DNA of 64,000 bases from a virus. Under the pieces are notes generated by a model that saw only the letters and a list, made by a program, of their open reading frames with translations, did no database searches and had not been told where the DNA came from. This document shows, in pieces, positions 42,483-51,649 of the stretch. A program made the translations under genes and the position numbers. Location of the stretch: the IMG/VR virus record IMGVR_UViG_3300047089_000244, positions 96,001-160,000 of that record; one strand, written 5' to 3'. How positions within the stretch are numbered: the first letter of the stretch is position 1; each line of letters opens with the position of its first letter.

Positions 42483-44615
42483 TTACCAACGGGCTCTATT
42501 ACTTCCACGCCTACCCCGTCCACGTCCTAGTGCTCCACGAGTTGGGCTATTGTACTCCTGTTGTGCCTTGCGCTCTTTGCTGAAGGTGTAGGTCTCCAAG
42601 TTAGGAGGTGCTCCACCAGGTCTTAGACCAGTTCCACTGAAGCCAATTCCATATCCTCCCTCGGCACCCCCAAGGACGGCGCTACTGGATAAACGTTCGC
42701 GAGTTCTATTGGCGATTCGATTACCGATAAGGGTATTAACACACTCAGCTACACAATCAGCCATATCCTTTGTCTGCACAGGCCCAATTTCCTGTCTATC
42801 TACGCGCGGGAACTTACTTGTGCCGCCCTGAATCTGAAGGAACTTCAACTCCTGTGAGCACCAGCGCGTGTCCTCTGTGTCATTTGGAGCGTGCACCAAT
42901 TTAGCATAGATCGAGGTCTTGCAAACCTCCCAGCGATGCCAGTTGAGTTCTGCCGTCGCGGGCTTGATATACACGCGCGTAGGAATATTTCGTTCGTTGA
43001 GTTTCTCCGCGAGTTCCTGGACGGGTTGTGTGGACTCATGCTGATCAAAGGTAATCTCGAACGGAAAGAAGAATTCGGCATATTTCATGACCTCATCGAG
43101 AATCGTTGGCCAAACAATAACCCGTCCAGGGAATTTTTTTGGCTCCCATCGCTTAATGAGATCAAAAATTACATGTTCCTCCTGTGCGCCCTTCCAGTCC
43201 TCGATCATCTCTGTATGAGCAATGGCAAATCCGAATCCCGCCGTTGTGCTCGATGGATCTAGATGAAACTTATAACGGAACATATTCGTGGCGTCCTTAC
43301 CCGTGTTAGATGAGAATGGCATCAACACTAGTCTTGGAATCTCAGGGTGGTCGCTCTCCTCCTCATAAAGCCATTCGGATGGTAAACCTGCAAACATCTC
43401 ATCGATACGACGCGGTTCCATATACGCATCTGTTACCTCGGCGAATTTGCCACGGTACTCAACCTTGAATCCCTCGGGATTACCCTGCTCTTCCGCGCGT
43501 GCCGTGCGTGAGAGTTGCTTGTCTTTGTCAGTCCATAAGTTCTCACCGTTCTCATCTTTCTCATCTAGGTCCCAATCAGGCGACGCCATGAGCACAGATT
43601 TAAGCTTAGCGCGATTTTTGGCTTTCTGGTAGCCTTCATATAGTGCCCATGAGGGAAATTGAAAGATGAGTAGGCGAGGTTCACCATTGCGAGCACTCAA
43701 GTCAATACCATCCTCCAGAAGTGGTGCGGGCTCATCGACAGGACTAGTGGAATCAAACGGAAGGAGACCCTCAACGTACTTTTCATAGAAGAGCCCGATC
43801 TTGGTATATGGAGAACTGTTAAGGAACGCCAATCCATCAACACCAAACTGTCCGAGAGATGGGTTCGCGGCTTCGTAAATCTTGTTTGGTGAGGACTTAG
43901 ACTCACCGGGGAGCATGTGCGCGATCTCGTCAATACAATAGGCCATCATGGCGAGTCCACGAATCGTTCCCGAGTTAGCCGCCATGGCGTTACCGCGCAA
44001 GCGTGCAATATCTTTCTGAATACGGTTGCCGCGACTTTTCTCCTGCGAGATGCGCTGAAGATCAATATTAGTCGCTACGCGGATTTCTGTCTCCAGAGAC
44101 TTTACGATATACGGATCGAACGCCTTGCACGTCTCAATAGTAGAAGAGAAATCAGCATATTGTCGCCCCTGAGACTGTTCCTGAGAACCAGCAATGCAGG
44201 AGAAATAGATTTCCTTCTCAGGCGCGATCCCATAATGCGCGCCCGGATCTTGAAGCTGAAGCGTAGACCACATGACCTTGCCCATTGCTAGTCCGGTGCA
44301 GAATCCCTTGGAGCTACGACGACCACCAACCAGGGCGATCTCACGGAAGTGTGGATAGCCAGCATCGCGGAGCCATTGTACGCGCTCGCGTACATTAGGG
44401 GAGATAGTGATCTCCGTGCCGTTACGACCACCCGCAATCCAGTATGAGAGGATGTCCTCCTCTGGGCCGGTAAGCTCCTCCAAGAACATCGTCTTGAGCA
44501 ATACCGCCTGCGCCGGATAGAGATTTTTACCGCAGTAATCCGATGATTCCGCAAACTCTTGAATGCCCGTATCTTTCGGAGCAAGCTGATTAAGCGCTTG
44601 CGCTAGCAGATCCAT
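42483..44615 (-). CDS. terL: terminase large subunit
   Basis: VGGRRSSKG Walker A, YCIDE Walker B, SSP, HLDPS nuclease motif, KDMADC. Confidence 0.9.
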   Translation of the reverse strand: MDLLAQALNQLAPKDTGIQEFAESSDYCGKNLYPAQAVLLKTMFLEELTGPEEDILSYWIAGGRNGTEITISPNVRERVQWLRDAGYPHFREIALVGGRRSSKGFCTGLAMGKVMWSTLQLQDPGAHYGIAPEKEIYFSCIAGSQEQSQGRQYADFSSTIETCKAFDPYIVKSLETEIRVATNIDLQRISQEKSRGNRIQKDIARLRGNAMAANSGTIRGLAMMAYCIDEIAHMLPGESKSSPNKIYEAANPSLGQFGVDGLAFLNSSPYTKIGLFYEKYVEGLLPFDSTSPVDEPAPLLEDGIDLSARNGEPRLLIFQFPSWALYEGYQKAKNRAKLKSVLMASPDWDLDEKDENGENLWTDKDKQLSRTARAEEQGNPEGFKVEYRGKFAEVTDAYMEPRRIDEMFAGLPSEWLYEEESDHPEIPRLVLMPFSSNTGKDATNMFRYKFHLDPSSTTAGFGFAIAHTEMIEDWKGAQEEHVIFDLIKRWEPKKFPGRVIVWPTILDEVMKYAEFFFPFEITFDQHESTQPVQELAEKLNERNIPTRVYIKPATAELNWHRWEVCKTSIYAKLVHAPNDTEDTRWCSQELKFLQIQGGTSKFPRVDRQEIGPVQTKDMADCVAECVNTLIGNRIANRTRERLSSSAVLGGAEGGYGIGFSGTGLRPGGAPPNLETYTFSKERKAQQEYNSPTRGALGRGRGRRGSNRARW

Positions 44616-45071
44616 CTACTTCTTCTTCCTATGTTTCCCCTTTTGCCCGTAGTAGTCCTCGTCGCGTTCGGTTGCGTGCTGGACCTCCCACGTCTTCTTC
44701 TCATGATCAAAACCATGCTTGGCAACGGAGTGCGATGGTAGAGCACCTGCGAACTCCACGATCGGAGGTTCACCCTCAAAAACAGGCGTGGCATCCACGG
44801 TGGCGAAAACATGTAGCGTGGTGGCAAGTTCGTACTTCAACTCCTCTTCGAATTCATCGAGGGCCTCTAGCGCCTCCTCAGGAGTGAAAATGCTATGGGG
44901 TCCAAATCGACTAAGGAATTTTCTGTGCCACTTATTACTGATGCGCACGGTCATCTCGAAGGCGCGCTTAATTTCATCATCAGTAAGCTCCTGTGTGAGT
45001 ACGTCAGAGAACTCCTTGGCGGAAGAGACAATGCCGTCATCGACGGGTAGTTGCGGTGAAGTTGCAGACAT
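44616..45071 (-). CDS. hypothetical protein upstream of TerL
   Basis: ORF with leaderless TGCTATAAT promoter; GFDHEKK.WEV. Confidence 0.65.
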   Translation of the reverse strand: MSATSPQLPVDDGIVSSAKEFSDVLTQELTDDEIKRAFEMTVRISNKWHRKFLSRFGPHSIFTPEEALEALDEFEEELKYELATTLHVFATVDATPVFEGEPPIVEFAGALPSHSVAKHGFDHEKKTWEVQHATERDEDYYGQKGKHRKKK

Positions 45072-45086
45072 TTCACCAATTATAGC

Positions 45087-45118
45087 AAACGGAGTGTCCT
45101 GTTACAGACACTCCGTTT
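45087..45118. terminator. 12-bp inverted repeat, probable terminator
   Basis: AAACGGAGTGTC...GACACTCCGTTT after the stop of 45136..45717. Confidence 0.55.
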
Positions 45119-45135
45119 GACAATTGCGATTTAGA

Positions 45136-45717
45136 TTAGGCGAATTGGCGCTCGTCTACAATGACCGGAGGGGCCGTGTTTTTGTTTTTGCTCGTCACTT
45201 GATAGAGCAAGTACGTACCCGCCGCCAATGCCGGAGCTACTGATTTGCCCACAACAGCTTCTACACCTTCGACCGCAGTAATGACGCCGGTAGTCTCTGA
45301 GACGACAACGTTATCGGTGCGCTCTTTTGTGGTCGCTGGTTCTTTCAATGTTACGGTTGTCGCTGCCGACTGGATATGTTTACCAGTGCTGCGCTGTATC
45401 AATTCACCAAGAGCAACTATGACTTCAGTTTCTTCTTCTTTACCGCCTTTAGCTTTTGTCTCAGTGTATCCATTTTTTACAACCCAATCGGAGTTACTAC
45501 CTGTAATCGGGCCAACAACAATAACTGCGCCAATGGCCAAATGGTTCTGAAGCTCCTTAAAAGGGGAATATGGGAGCGTGCTGCCTGCTTTGATGCCGCC
45601 TGATTCAACCTGCGAAGCTAGATCGACATATGTGGTCGTTCCAGTCTTGACAGTCTGTTTGCCGATTCGTACGGACTGTGAGCGAGAAATCGCTCGGATG
45701 GGAAGGAATGGTGCCAT
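45136..45717 (-). CDS. putative virion structural protein
   Basis: T/V/A-rich; R.D.VV..G....EG...AP ... IVDER motif. Confidence 0.6.
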   Translation of the reverse strand: MAPFLPIRAISRSQSVRIGKQTVKTGTTTYVDLASQVESGGIKAGSTLPYSPFKELQNHLAIGAVIVVGPITGSNSDWVVKNGYTETKAKGGKEEETEVIVALGELIQRSTGKHIQSAATTVTLKEPATTKERTDNVVVSETTGVITAVEGVEAVVGKSVAPALAAGTYLLYQVTSKNKNTAPPVIVDERQFA

Positions 45718-45836
45718 GATATTTGAGGCTCTTTCGTGTAGTGATTCGTTGTGGTCCTAATAACGCCGCCTACTTCCTTATCAAGGGTTCGGAGACTTCG
45801 GTATCCATCTATTCACCAACGGCGACCATCCGTTTT

Positions 45837-46853
45837 CTAGCGCACGCGCATAATAAAACAAAGACCCACGAAAGGCGGAGTCACGGAAACACCAGAGAGT
45901 TGAGTGTCCGTCGCTATAGAACCAGAGAGAGAGCTTCCCCCTGTCGAATAGGCTGCGCTCAAACCTGTGCTACCACCATGATTGTGTTCCCCGCCTTGAT
46001 CCATGGAAGCGCTGGCAGATTCGCCACCTTCATTGAATTCCTGCAAATAAGCAGATTGCAAAGTAGCCGTATGTCCTTCGAGCGTTAAATGGTTGACAAA
46101 CGCATTGCGTCGAGACCCAAGTTGAAAACCACCTTCAAATGTGTGATGGTGTTTACCATCCATAGCTATACCGTGATTATGAGCGCCAATGGTATGCGAA
46201 TGTTCAAGCGAGACGGCCGTGACAGCATGGTGGTGCGTCAGGTCAACCGAGGAAGACCCTCCCACTTCACCCGTGTGAGTCAAATCGGTACCGCGCACAA
46301 AGCGTTCACGTAAATCCGGAATGAATCCTGAGCTAAGTCCTAGAGCATTAGGAATAGCGGACCAGGCGGTACCATCACAAACATGCCAGAGATTACCTGG
46401 TTCAGCACCAGATGAGTATTTGAACCAGAGAATAACACTTCCAAGAGTGAGAATGTTCGGGTCCAACTTGTCGATCGTGATTGTTTCCTGCTTAATCGTT
46501 CTGTCATCAACGGCTTCCTCATCAATATGCTTGTTCAGAACGCTCTCTTCAGCGATATTTTCCGATATAACACCTTCAATATCTATCTGTTTAGATCCGA
46601 CTGCGCGTTGCTTGAGTAAGTAGCGCTTGATTGCACTCGGTTCGATGGCCGAAGTCTGGATCGCGAGTCCGAGCCCCAGATTAGTCCAATGACCAGCACC
46701 AGGAAGTTCGTCGTGTGCATTGAGCGCTTCAGAAAGTCCACCTAAGTGGCTATGAGCATCGATGCGAACGAAATTATTCGCCAATTGCGAGTGTTCAAAG
46801 TCATCTTCCTCACTGTCCCAAACAGTGAGCCCAAGGTTAGCTGTCGTTATCAT
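45837..46853 (-). CDS. tail fibre / tail-collar protein
   Basis: LGSVILW..WHVCDG..PDLRERFVRG..PPFVGLCFIMRV. Confidence 0.8.
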   Translation of the reverse strand: MITTANLGLTVWDSEEDDFEHSQLANNFVRIDAHSHLGGLSEALNAHDELPGAGHWTNLGLGLAIQTSAIEPSAIKRYLLKQRAVGSKQIDIEGVISENIAEESVLNKHIDEEAVDDRTIKQETITIDKLDPNILTLGSVILWFKYSSGAEPGNLWHVCDGTAWSAIPNALGLSSGFIPDLRERFVRGTDLTHTGEVGGSSSVDLTHHHAVTAVSLEHSHTIGAHNHGIAMDGKHHHTFEGGFQLGSRRNAFVNHLTLEGHTATLQSAYLQEFNEGGESASASMDQGGEHNHGGSTGLSAAYSTGGSSLSGSIATDTQLSGVSVTPPFVGLCFIMRVR

Positions 46854-47401
46854 GCGACTCTCCAGATTGAGATGCGCCCATTAGTGAATGTGCACGAATG
46901 GCCTGAGCCATGACATCCCACTGTAAGAGTATCTTTTTCTTTCAGTTCTGCGCGCGCAAAATTCGTCGTGGTGACCGCTGCTTCTTTGGTAGATGACGCC
47001 CAATTGAAGAGCGTCAAGGTAGGAGTACCATTAACACGCACGAGACCTGTTAGGGCCGTATGTTCGTTAACATTTACCGCGCCTGTCAGTAAAAGACCAA
47101 TTTCATATTTCCCCGTTGCAGACACTTCGAGTGATGGGCCGCCTGCTAGAGTTTTTTCTTCGGCGGCTGCAATCGTAAGTTCGCCACCTGTAGCGCTAAC
47201 TTCAGGGAAAATTGAAGAGGCAATCAATGGGAAATTGATGGCTTCGGAAGCAATTCCCTCCGTGGGAATTAGAACGCCGCGCCCTGGCGAATGGTCGTGG
47301 GCATCCACCTTAGCCCAGTTATCCGCTAACTGTTCGTGATCGTAGGGGTCAAGGAGTAGGTTCCAGATCCTAAGCCCCATCTTTGCTGAAGTACGCATCA
47401 C
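46850..47401 (-). CDS. tail fibre-associated protein; N-terminus paralogous to 45837..46853
   Basis: GL.IW...D.(Y/F).H.QLA.N...(V/I)DAH.H shared by both. Confidence 0.7.
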   Translation of the reverse strand: MMRTSAKMGLRIWNLLLDPYDHEQLADNWAKVDAHDHSPGRGVLIPTEGIASEAINFPLIASSIFPEVSATGGELTIAAAEEKTLAGGPSLEVSATGKYEIGLLLTGAVNVNEHTALTGLVRVNGTPTLTLFNWASSTKEAAVTTTNFARAELKEKDTLTVGCHGSGHSCTFTNGRISIWRVA

Positions 47402-47426
47402 TCATTATACGACCGAACGAAGCTAT

Positions 47427-47456
47427 GAAAAAGACCCACCAAAAGGCGGGTCTTGA
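47427..47456 (-). terminator. rho-independent terminator
   Basis: AAGACCCGCC-TTTT-GGTGGGTCTT followed by a T run. Confidence 0.65.
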
Positions 47457-47480
47457 TCAAACTTACTTGGATTCCGTTGA

Positions 47481-47708
47481 CTATGCTCCAGTGATCTTCT
47501 CAACCACTGCCGCAACGGTACCGACCGCAGCAACGATAGCTACTAGCGTAGGGCTAGTAATTCCGGTGCCCGGAACCAACGTAATGATGAAAGCTGCAAC
47601 CGCAGCAGCCGTAACAGGGTTCTCCAGTTTTATGAGGTCCGCAAAGACTTCATGTAGAGAGATCCCTACCTTAGCAACGGTGCTCTTTCCTGCTAGATCT
47701 GTCCTCAT
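47481..47708 (-). CDS. holin-like 2-TM protein
   Basis: Two TM segments; directly downstream of the putative endolysin. Confidence 0.55.
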   Translation of the reverse strand: MRTDLAGKSTVAKVGISLHEVFADLIKLENPVTAAAVAAFIITLVPGTGITSPTLVAIVAAVGTVAAVVEKITGA

Positions 47709-47765
47709 GTGTTCCTTTCCTATCGATAGAAATACTACTACTCTACAAAGTATAGCACGAGGTTG

Positions 47766-48476
47766 CTATTTTGATCGTTTCTGAAGCTGTTCATAGCGGT
47801 AAAGACGATTCTCGATCTTCCAGCCGCTTTTCTTTGCCAAGTTTGTGATCAATTTGCGACGGCGAAGCATCTGCGCTCGCAAGAATAGGCGACGTAGATG
47901 CGCGGCAAGTGTCTTGCGCGCAACAATACGATCCCACTCGATGCACCAATTGTGCTCATCTGATGGCTGCCATGTATTTGGCTTAGGAGGCGTTGTAGTG
48001 AAGAAGTCGTCATCGAGAAGGCTGACATCGAGATTTTTACTCAATGCTTTGTCATAGTACTGAGTGCCGTCAGCAACCGTAGAAATACCCTCAGATGGAC
48101 CACAAAGATGGGGGCGTCCTGTGTAATGGGCTGACCACAACCGATACTGGTGACGCTGAATGTTATGGCGCTCAAGTTCTGCAACAAGGGCATCGACATT
48201 ACTCAGACTCGTATAGAAGCCGGGGAGCTTGACCCCACGCTTGATCTGACGCACAAACCATGCTGGAGCGTCTGCAACAGTCGCGTCGCCGTTCTCGATA
48301 TCGAGGATATCTGCATCCTCGCCAGAGTTAACAGCAATCGAGAGATGATGAGCCTTAGGCCATTTCTTAACATCCTCGTTATAGTTAGGCCAAGCTCCAC
48401 CAACATACCCTGCGACCGCCTGTGCATTAGAAGGGATCTGACTGAGGTCGGTGCTGTCATACATGGTTATAGCCAT
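47766..48476 (-). CDS. putative endolysin (GH25/DUF1906-like glycoside hydrolase)
   Basis: MYDS..AVAGYVGG..LDIENGDA..FYTS..LWSAHYTG..TQY..LDVS. Confidence 0.65.
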   Translation of the reverse strand: MAITMYDSTDLSQIPSNAQAVAGYVGGAWPNYNEDVKKWPKAHHLSIAVNSGEDADILDIENGDATVADAPAWFVRQIKRGVKLPGFYTSLSNVDALVAELERHNIQRHQYRLWSAHYTGRPHLCGPSEGISTVADGTQYYDKALSKNLDVSLLDDDFFTTTPPKPNTWQPSDEHNWCIEWDRIVARKTLAAHLRRLFLRAQMLRRRKLITNLAKKSGWKIENRLYRYEQLQKRSK

Positions 48477-48669
48477 AACTATTTATCCTTCCCTAATGAG
48501 CGTACCTTATGGCAGCGCGAACAGATAAGGAACCAGTCGCCATGATATGCCTCAAAGGCTTCCCATGAGTGACGTTTGAGGATCTTGCATACGAGTGCAA
48601 ACATTTGGCGGGTTCAGTCTCCATAATTGTTCACTCATTAGGGACCCGATCTCGCAAATAACCCATACT

Positions 48670-49116
48670 TTAATCCTCAATTGGCTCAAGACGAATACCG
48701 CCGACTAACGCATCGAACTCTTTACATCGACGGACAACGTAATGCAGAAGGTCATTGCAATTAGCGCTTCCTACTTCTATCTCCACGAGTTCCCCACGAT
48801 AGTGGCCACATGCCTTATATTTGCTTCCCCGTATGTAAATCGTCAGATCAGGGATCGATAATCCCAGACAATATAAAAGCTGTTCAAAATCCAAAGCCTT
48901 AACCGATTGCTCGGCTGCCGCCGGAACTCGTAAATCGACTGCTATTGGCTTACGCCCAACAACGTATGCATCATCAGTGCTCACGAGGAAACCGTTTTGA
49001 ATCGGAGCGACTTCGTATTGGCCTCCGGATGGAATCGGGAAATGCTCCGAATGGTGGCGCTTGTGCTTATGGTGGCTCATCATCCTCATCCTTTCAGGGT
49101 AGAGATCGATTATCAC
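48670..49116 (-). CDS. hypothetical protein
   Basis: ORF track. Confidence 0.5.
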   Translation of the reverse strand: MIIDLYPERMRMMSHHKHKRHHSEHFPIPSGGQYEVAPIQNGFLVSTDDAYVVGRKPIAVDLRVPAAAEQSVKALDFEQLLYCLGLSIPDLTIYIRGSKYKACGHYRGELVEIEVGSANCNDLLHYVVRRCKEFDALVGGIRLEPIED

Positions 49117-49163
49117 CTATTCTCTACCAGGATGATCCTGGATTATCGCGCCCGTAAGTAAAG

Positions 49164-49232
49164 TCGCTCGTGCAGGAATCGAACCTGCGCCTGAAGATTA
49201 TGATTCTCCTTGGCACCCATAGCCTACGAGCG
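49164..49232 (-). tRNA. tRNA-Met/Ile2 (CAT), short D-arm
   Basis: CGCTCGT/ACGAGCG acceptor; GGAGA-ATCATAA-TCTTC; GGTTCGATTCC. Confidence 0.7.
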
Positions 49233-49378
49233 TGGATTTCACCTACCGCTTGCACGGATCATCGGCTACTCAATGTAACACGCCGTCTACGTACTCCCTA
49301 ATCCGGGGTGCGGTACGTAGCAAGGACAACGTGAGTTAGGTTCGATCCTCCGCTGTCGCAAAGCGGTACGTAACCATA

Positions 49379-49450
49379 AGCGTATAGCCGGGCTCGAACC
49401 GGCGACCCAAGCTTGGAAGGCTTGTGTGTTACCAACTACACTATACACGC
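49379..49450 (-). tRNA. tRNA-Gly(TCC)
   Basis: Cloverleaf; CAAGC-CTTCCAA-GCTTG. Confidence 0.93.
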
Positions 49451-49455
49451 ATAAA

Positions 49456-49902
49456 CTACTTACGCAAGAAAAACTTGTGCCTTTTAGACCCTCTGTAACC
49501 CGTATCTGGGAGACCACCAGGGGTCATTTTCATCTCAGGATTTTTCTCTCGGTAGAGTTTGAACTCCTGAAACGTCGCTGCCGTGTGAGGATCGTCGCGA
49601 TCTACAACCTCGACGCCAAGCGCTGTGACTGAGTGAGGGCGGATCTCCGTGTGACCCTCATCGATGATGAGCTTCGTCTTGAAGCCTCGCTCCTCGATAT
49701 AGTGCTTGATTACCATCAGGTGCATGTCATCCTCTGCCAGCATCACGAGCTTGCAGTAGTGACCGCCCTTGTACCAATCTGCAAGCAGATTGGGGTCGCT
49801 GATCCGGTACGCCTCGACGGCTGCATGCTGCCCCTGAGCAGTCATCTTGCCCGAGGTCATTCCGAGACTTCTATTGATGAAGCTATACATGGCTGTTCGC
49901 AT
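49456..49902 (-). CDS. pth2: peptidyl-tRNA hydrolase, Pth2 type
   Basis: LGMTSGKMTAQGQHAA, KLVM, IIDEGHTEI, TALG; leaderless promoter. Confidence 0.85.
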   Translation of the reverse strand: MRTAMYSFINRSLGMTSGKMTAQGQHAAVEAYRISDPNLLADWYKGGHYCKLVMLAEDDMHLMVIKHYIEERGFKTKLIIDEGHTEIRPHSVTALGVEVVDRDDPHTAATFQEFKLYREKNPEMKMTPGGLPDTGYRGSKRHKFFLRK

Positions 49903-50123
49903 GCACATAGTCTATCACAGAGGCTTGCGCGGTGGGAACACTTCGGACTTTGGTCCTACTGACCGCAGTCTCACTCGCGTTCACCGCGCAAGCTGTCTCC
50001 GAGCAGGGTCTCCGCTGAACGAACGTAGTGTATCACAAGTGCGCCCGCCCAGTTTGACCCAGACGCGCGCATGAGGACCCGAGGTCACCCAGCCGAACTG
50101 AATATGCCCGAAGCTAAGGTCCA

Positions 50124-50195
50124 AGCCTACACTCAGAATCGAACTGAGTTCTCTAGTTTACAAGACTAGCGCGTCACCACTTACGCTTTGCAGGC
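50124..50195 (-). tRNA. tRNA-Thr(TGT)
   Basis: CTAGT-CTTGTAA-ACTAG. Confidence 0.92.
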
Positions 50196-50201
50196 ACATC
50201 A

Positions 50202-50545
50202 TGTAGTCGATAAGCCGGATTCTGTCGTTGGACGATCATCCTTCTCAGTGGCGTGCCGACTAGGCCCAACGACCCTTTGGCGCTTGAGCTAACCCGAGGT
50301 CTCACACGATTCCACTGGTCCCCATGTTACCGGGGACTGCTCCCACCAGCTAATGCCATAGGCAGAGCCCTTAGGCTTCGACACTTGGGATTGCATCTCT
50401 CGGCTTCGTATGCGGTCATAGCGGCCTAAGCCTCCCGCCATCCACGTCACCTATCCAGCACCCCTTGTGAGGGATCTGAGTTTCCCCAGACGAGATGTCC
50501 GGACTTTCCTCGGAGGGATCGGACCTCCGCGATCGTCTGACTACA
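50202..50545 (-). ncRNA. rnpB: RNase P RNA (bacterial type)
   Basis: P1 TGTAGTC/GACTACA; P2 GACGATC/GATCGTC; GAGGAAAGTCCGG and ACAGAATCCGGCTTA forming P4. Confidence 0.92.
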
Positions 50546-50645
50546 GGATCATGATGGGATTCGAACCCACACCTGGGCACTCGCCTCTGCCAATTGATCC
50601 ACTTACAGAGTTCCGTACGCTTCTGCAAGCAGGCCCTACATGATC
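50546..50645 (-). ncRNA. tRNA-like RNA (acceptor and T arm, no D stem or anticodon arm)
   Basis: GATCATG/CATGATC; GTGGG-TTCGAAT-CCCAT. Confidence 0.65.
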
Positions 50646-50793
50646 ACCAAGCTTTCTCAGTCGCACCCTGACACAACTCGACCCGCCAGAGGCGGGCCGG
50701 AAGTGAGGGAACGACCCTCGAACGACTTTCAAGCACTTGTTATATAGCAGGAATCGAACCCGCTAAGGGATATCCTTAGATAATCTTTAGAAA

Positions 50794-50883
50794 CGGTACC
50801 GTGGGGATTCGAACCCAACCGCCTCGTTAGAGCGATTTCCCGCTTGAAAGGCGTTCTGCACTCCAAAGTGCTTTCATGGTACC
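50794..50883 (-). tRNA. atypical long-arm tRNA (9/3 allo-tRNA-like; loop CTTTCAA)
   Basis: GGTACCATG/CACGGTACC; GCACT-TTGG-AGTGC; long variable arm; GGG-TTCGAAT-CCC. Confidence 0.55.
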
Positions 50884-50900
50884 CTGTGGTCGAACAGGTG

Positions 50901-51263
50901 TCAAGAGCCGTGTGTACGCTCCCGGTGGCAGTTCGAGCAAACGACCTCGCACTTGTCGATCTCCTCCTGGATAACTTCCAGGCGATATCGTTGTGCTACG
51001 AGCCAATTGACACTGCCAAACTTCTCCCCACGTACATGATCGAAGTCCATGACGTAGGGCGGATACTGGACCCCGCAGTCGGCACAAGGAACTTCCTTTT
51101 GCGCGTTGATGTGCGCCATGATCTCAGCACGTTTGTTTGCCGCCCAGGTGTTGCGCTTGATCTTCCACTCGGATAGCTGGTGCTCCGCGAGGTAGCGATC
51201 CTTGTTGCGCTGGTAACTCCGTTGTTGAGCGGCGCGCTGCTTGCCTTTGTCCTTGTACGGCAT
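50901..51263 (-). CDS. HNH endonuclease-like protein
   Basis: PCADCG..MDFDHVRGEK..EIDKCEVVCSNCHRERT. Confidence 0.85.
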   Translation of the reverse strand: MPYKDKGKQRAAQQRSYQRNKDRYLAEHQLSEWKIKRNTWAANKRAEIMAHINAQKEVPCADCGVQYPPYVMDFDHVRGEKFGSVNWLVAQRYRLEVIQEEIDKCEVVCSNCHRERTHGS

Positions 51264-51295
51264 GCACATTACACACCAGGATGGGTTCACTTCCA

Positions 51296-51368
51296 AGCAG
51301 CAGATGGGACTCGAACCCACAACCTCCACCTTGGCAAGGTGGCGCTCTAGCCATTGAGCTACTACTGC
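51296..51368 (-). tRNA. tRNA-Gly(GCC)
   Basis: CCACC-TTGCCAA-GGTGG. Confidence 0.95.
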
Positions 51369-51572
51369 GCGTGCGACTCGTTTCTTCGCGAGGAGAGTCA
51401 CCATCCCCGTCCATTTTTATCCGCCCTACGCTTCGCTTGTCCCCGGAGGGGCGGGTTTCAAACCGCGCTTATCGTGTATATGGGCCTTCTACGAAGTGAG
51501 TAGCTCATCACGAACGGGACGCGCGAAGGTCGTCGTGAACTTCCTCCAGCAATGACCGCATTATGAGCTAAG

Positions 51573-51649
51573 TCCCCCGTGCTGGAGTCGAACCAGCCTA
51601 CTATGAGCTTCCACGATGCCATCTCATTGTAAGTCCAGGCACCGAAGAA
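51573..51649 (-). ncRNA. tRNA 3'-half / tRNA-like element resembling the 3' end of tRNA-Arg(TCG)
   Basis: GCTGG-TTCGACT-CCAGC-ACGGGGGA. Confidence 0.55.

Noticed and set aside
42483-44615. Intein or intron in TerL
   Set aside because: The ORF is continuous with no C...HN-(C/S/T) splice motifs or LAGLIDADG blocks.
50040-50123. HDV-like (theta) ribozyme after tRNA-Thr
   Set aside because: I could only form a simple GGACC/GGTCC hairpin; no P1/P3/L3 nested pseudoknot on the tRNA strand.
50745-50766. Isolated T-arm (GCGGGTTCGATTCCTGC)
   Set aside because: No acceptor stem or D arm can be formed; at most a tRNA remnant.
50794-50883. tRNA-Sec (UCA)
   Set aside because: The only pairing register (CGC/GCG) centres TTC in the loop; a TCA-centred loop has no closing stem.
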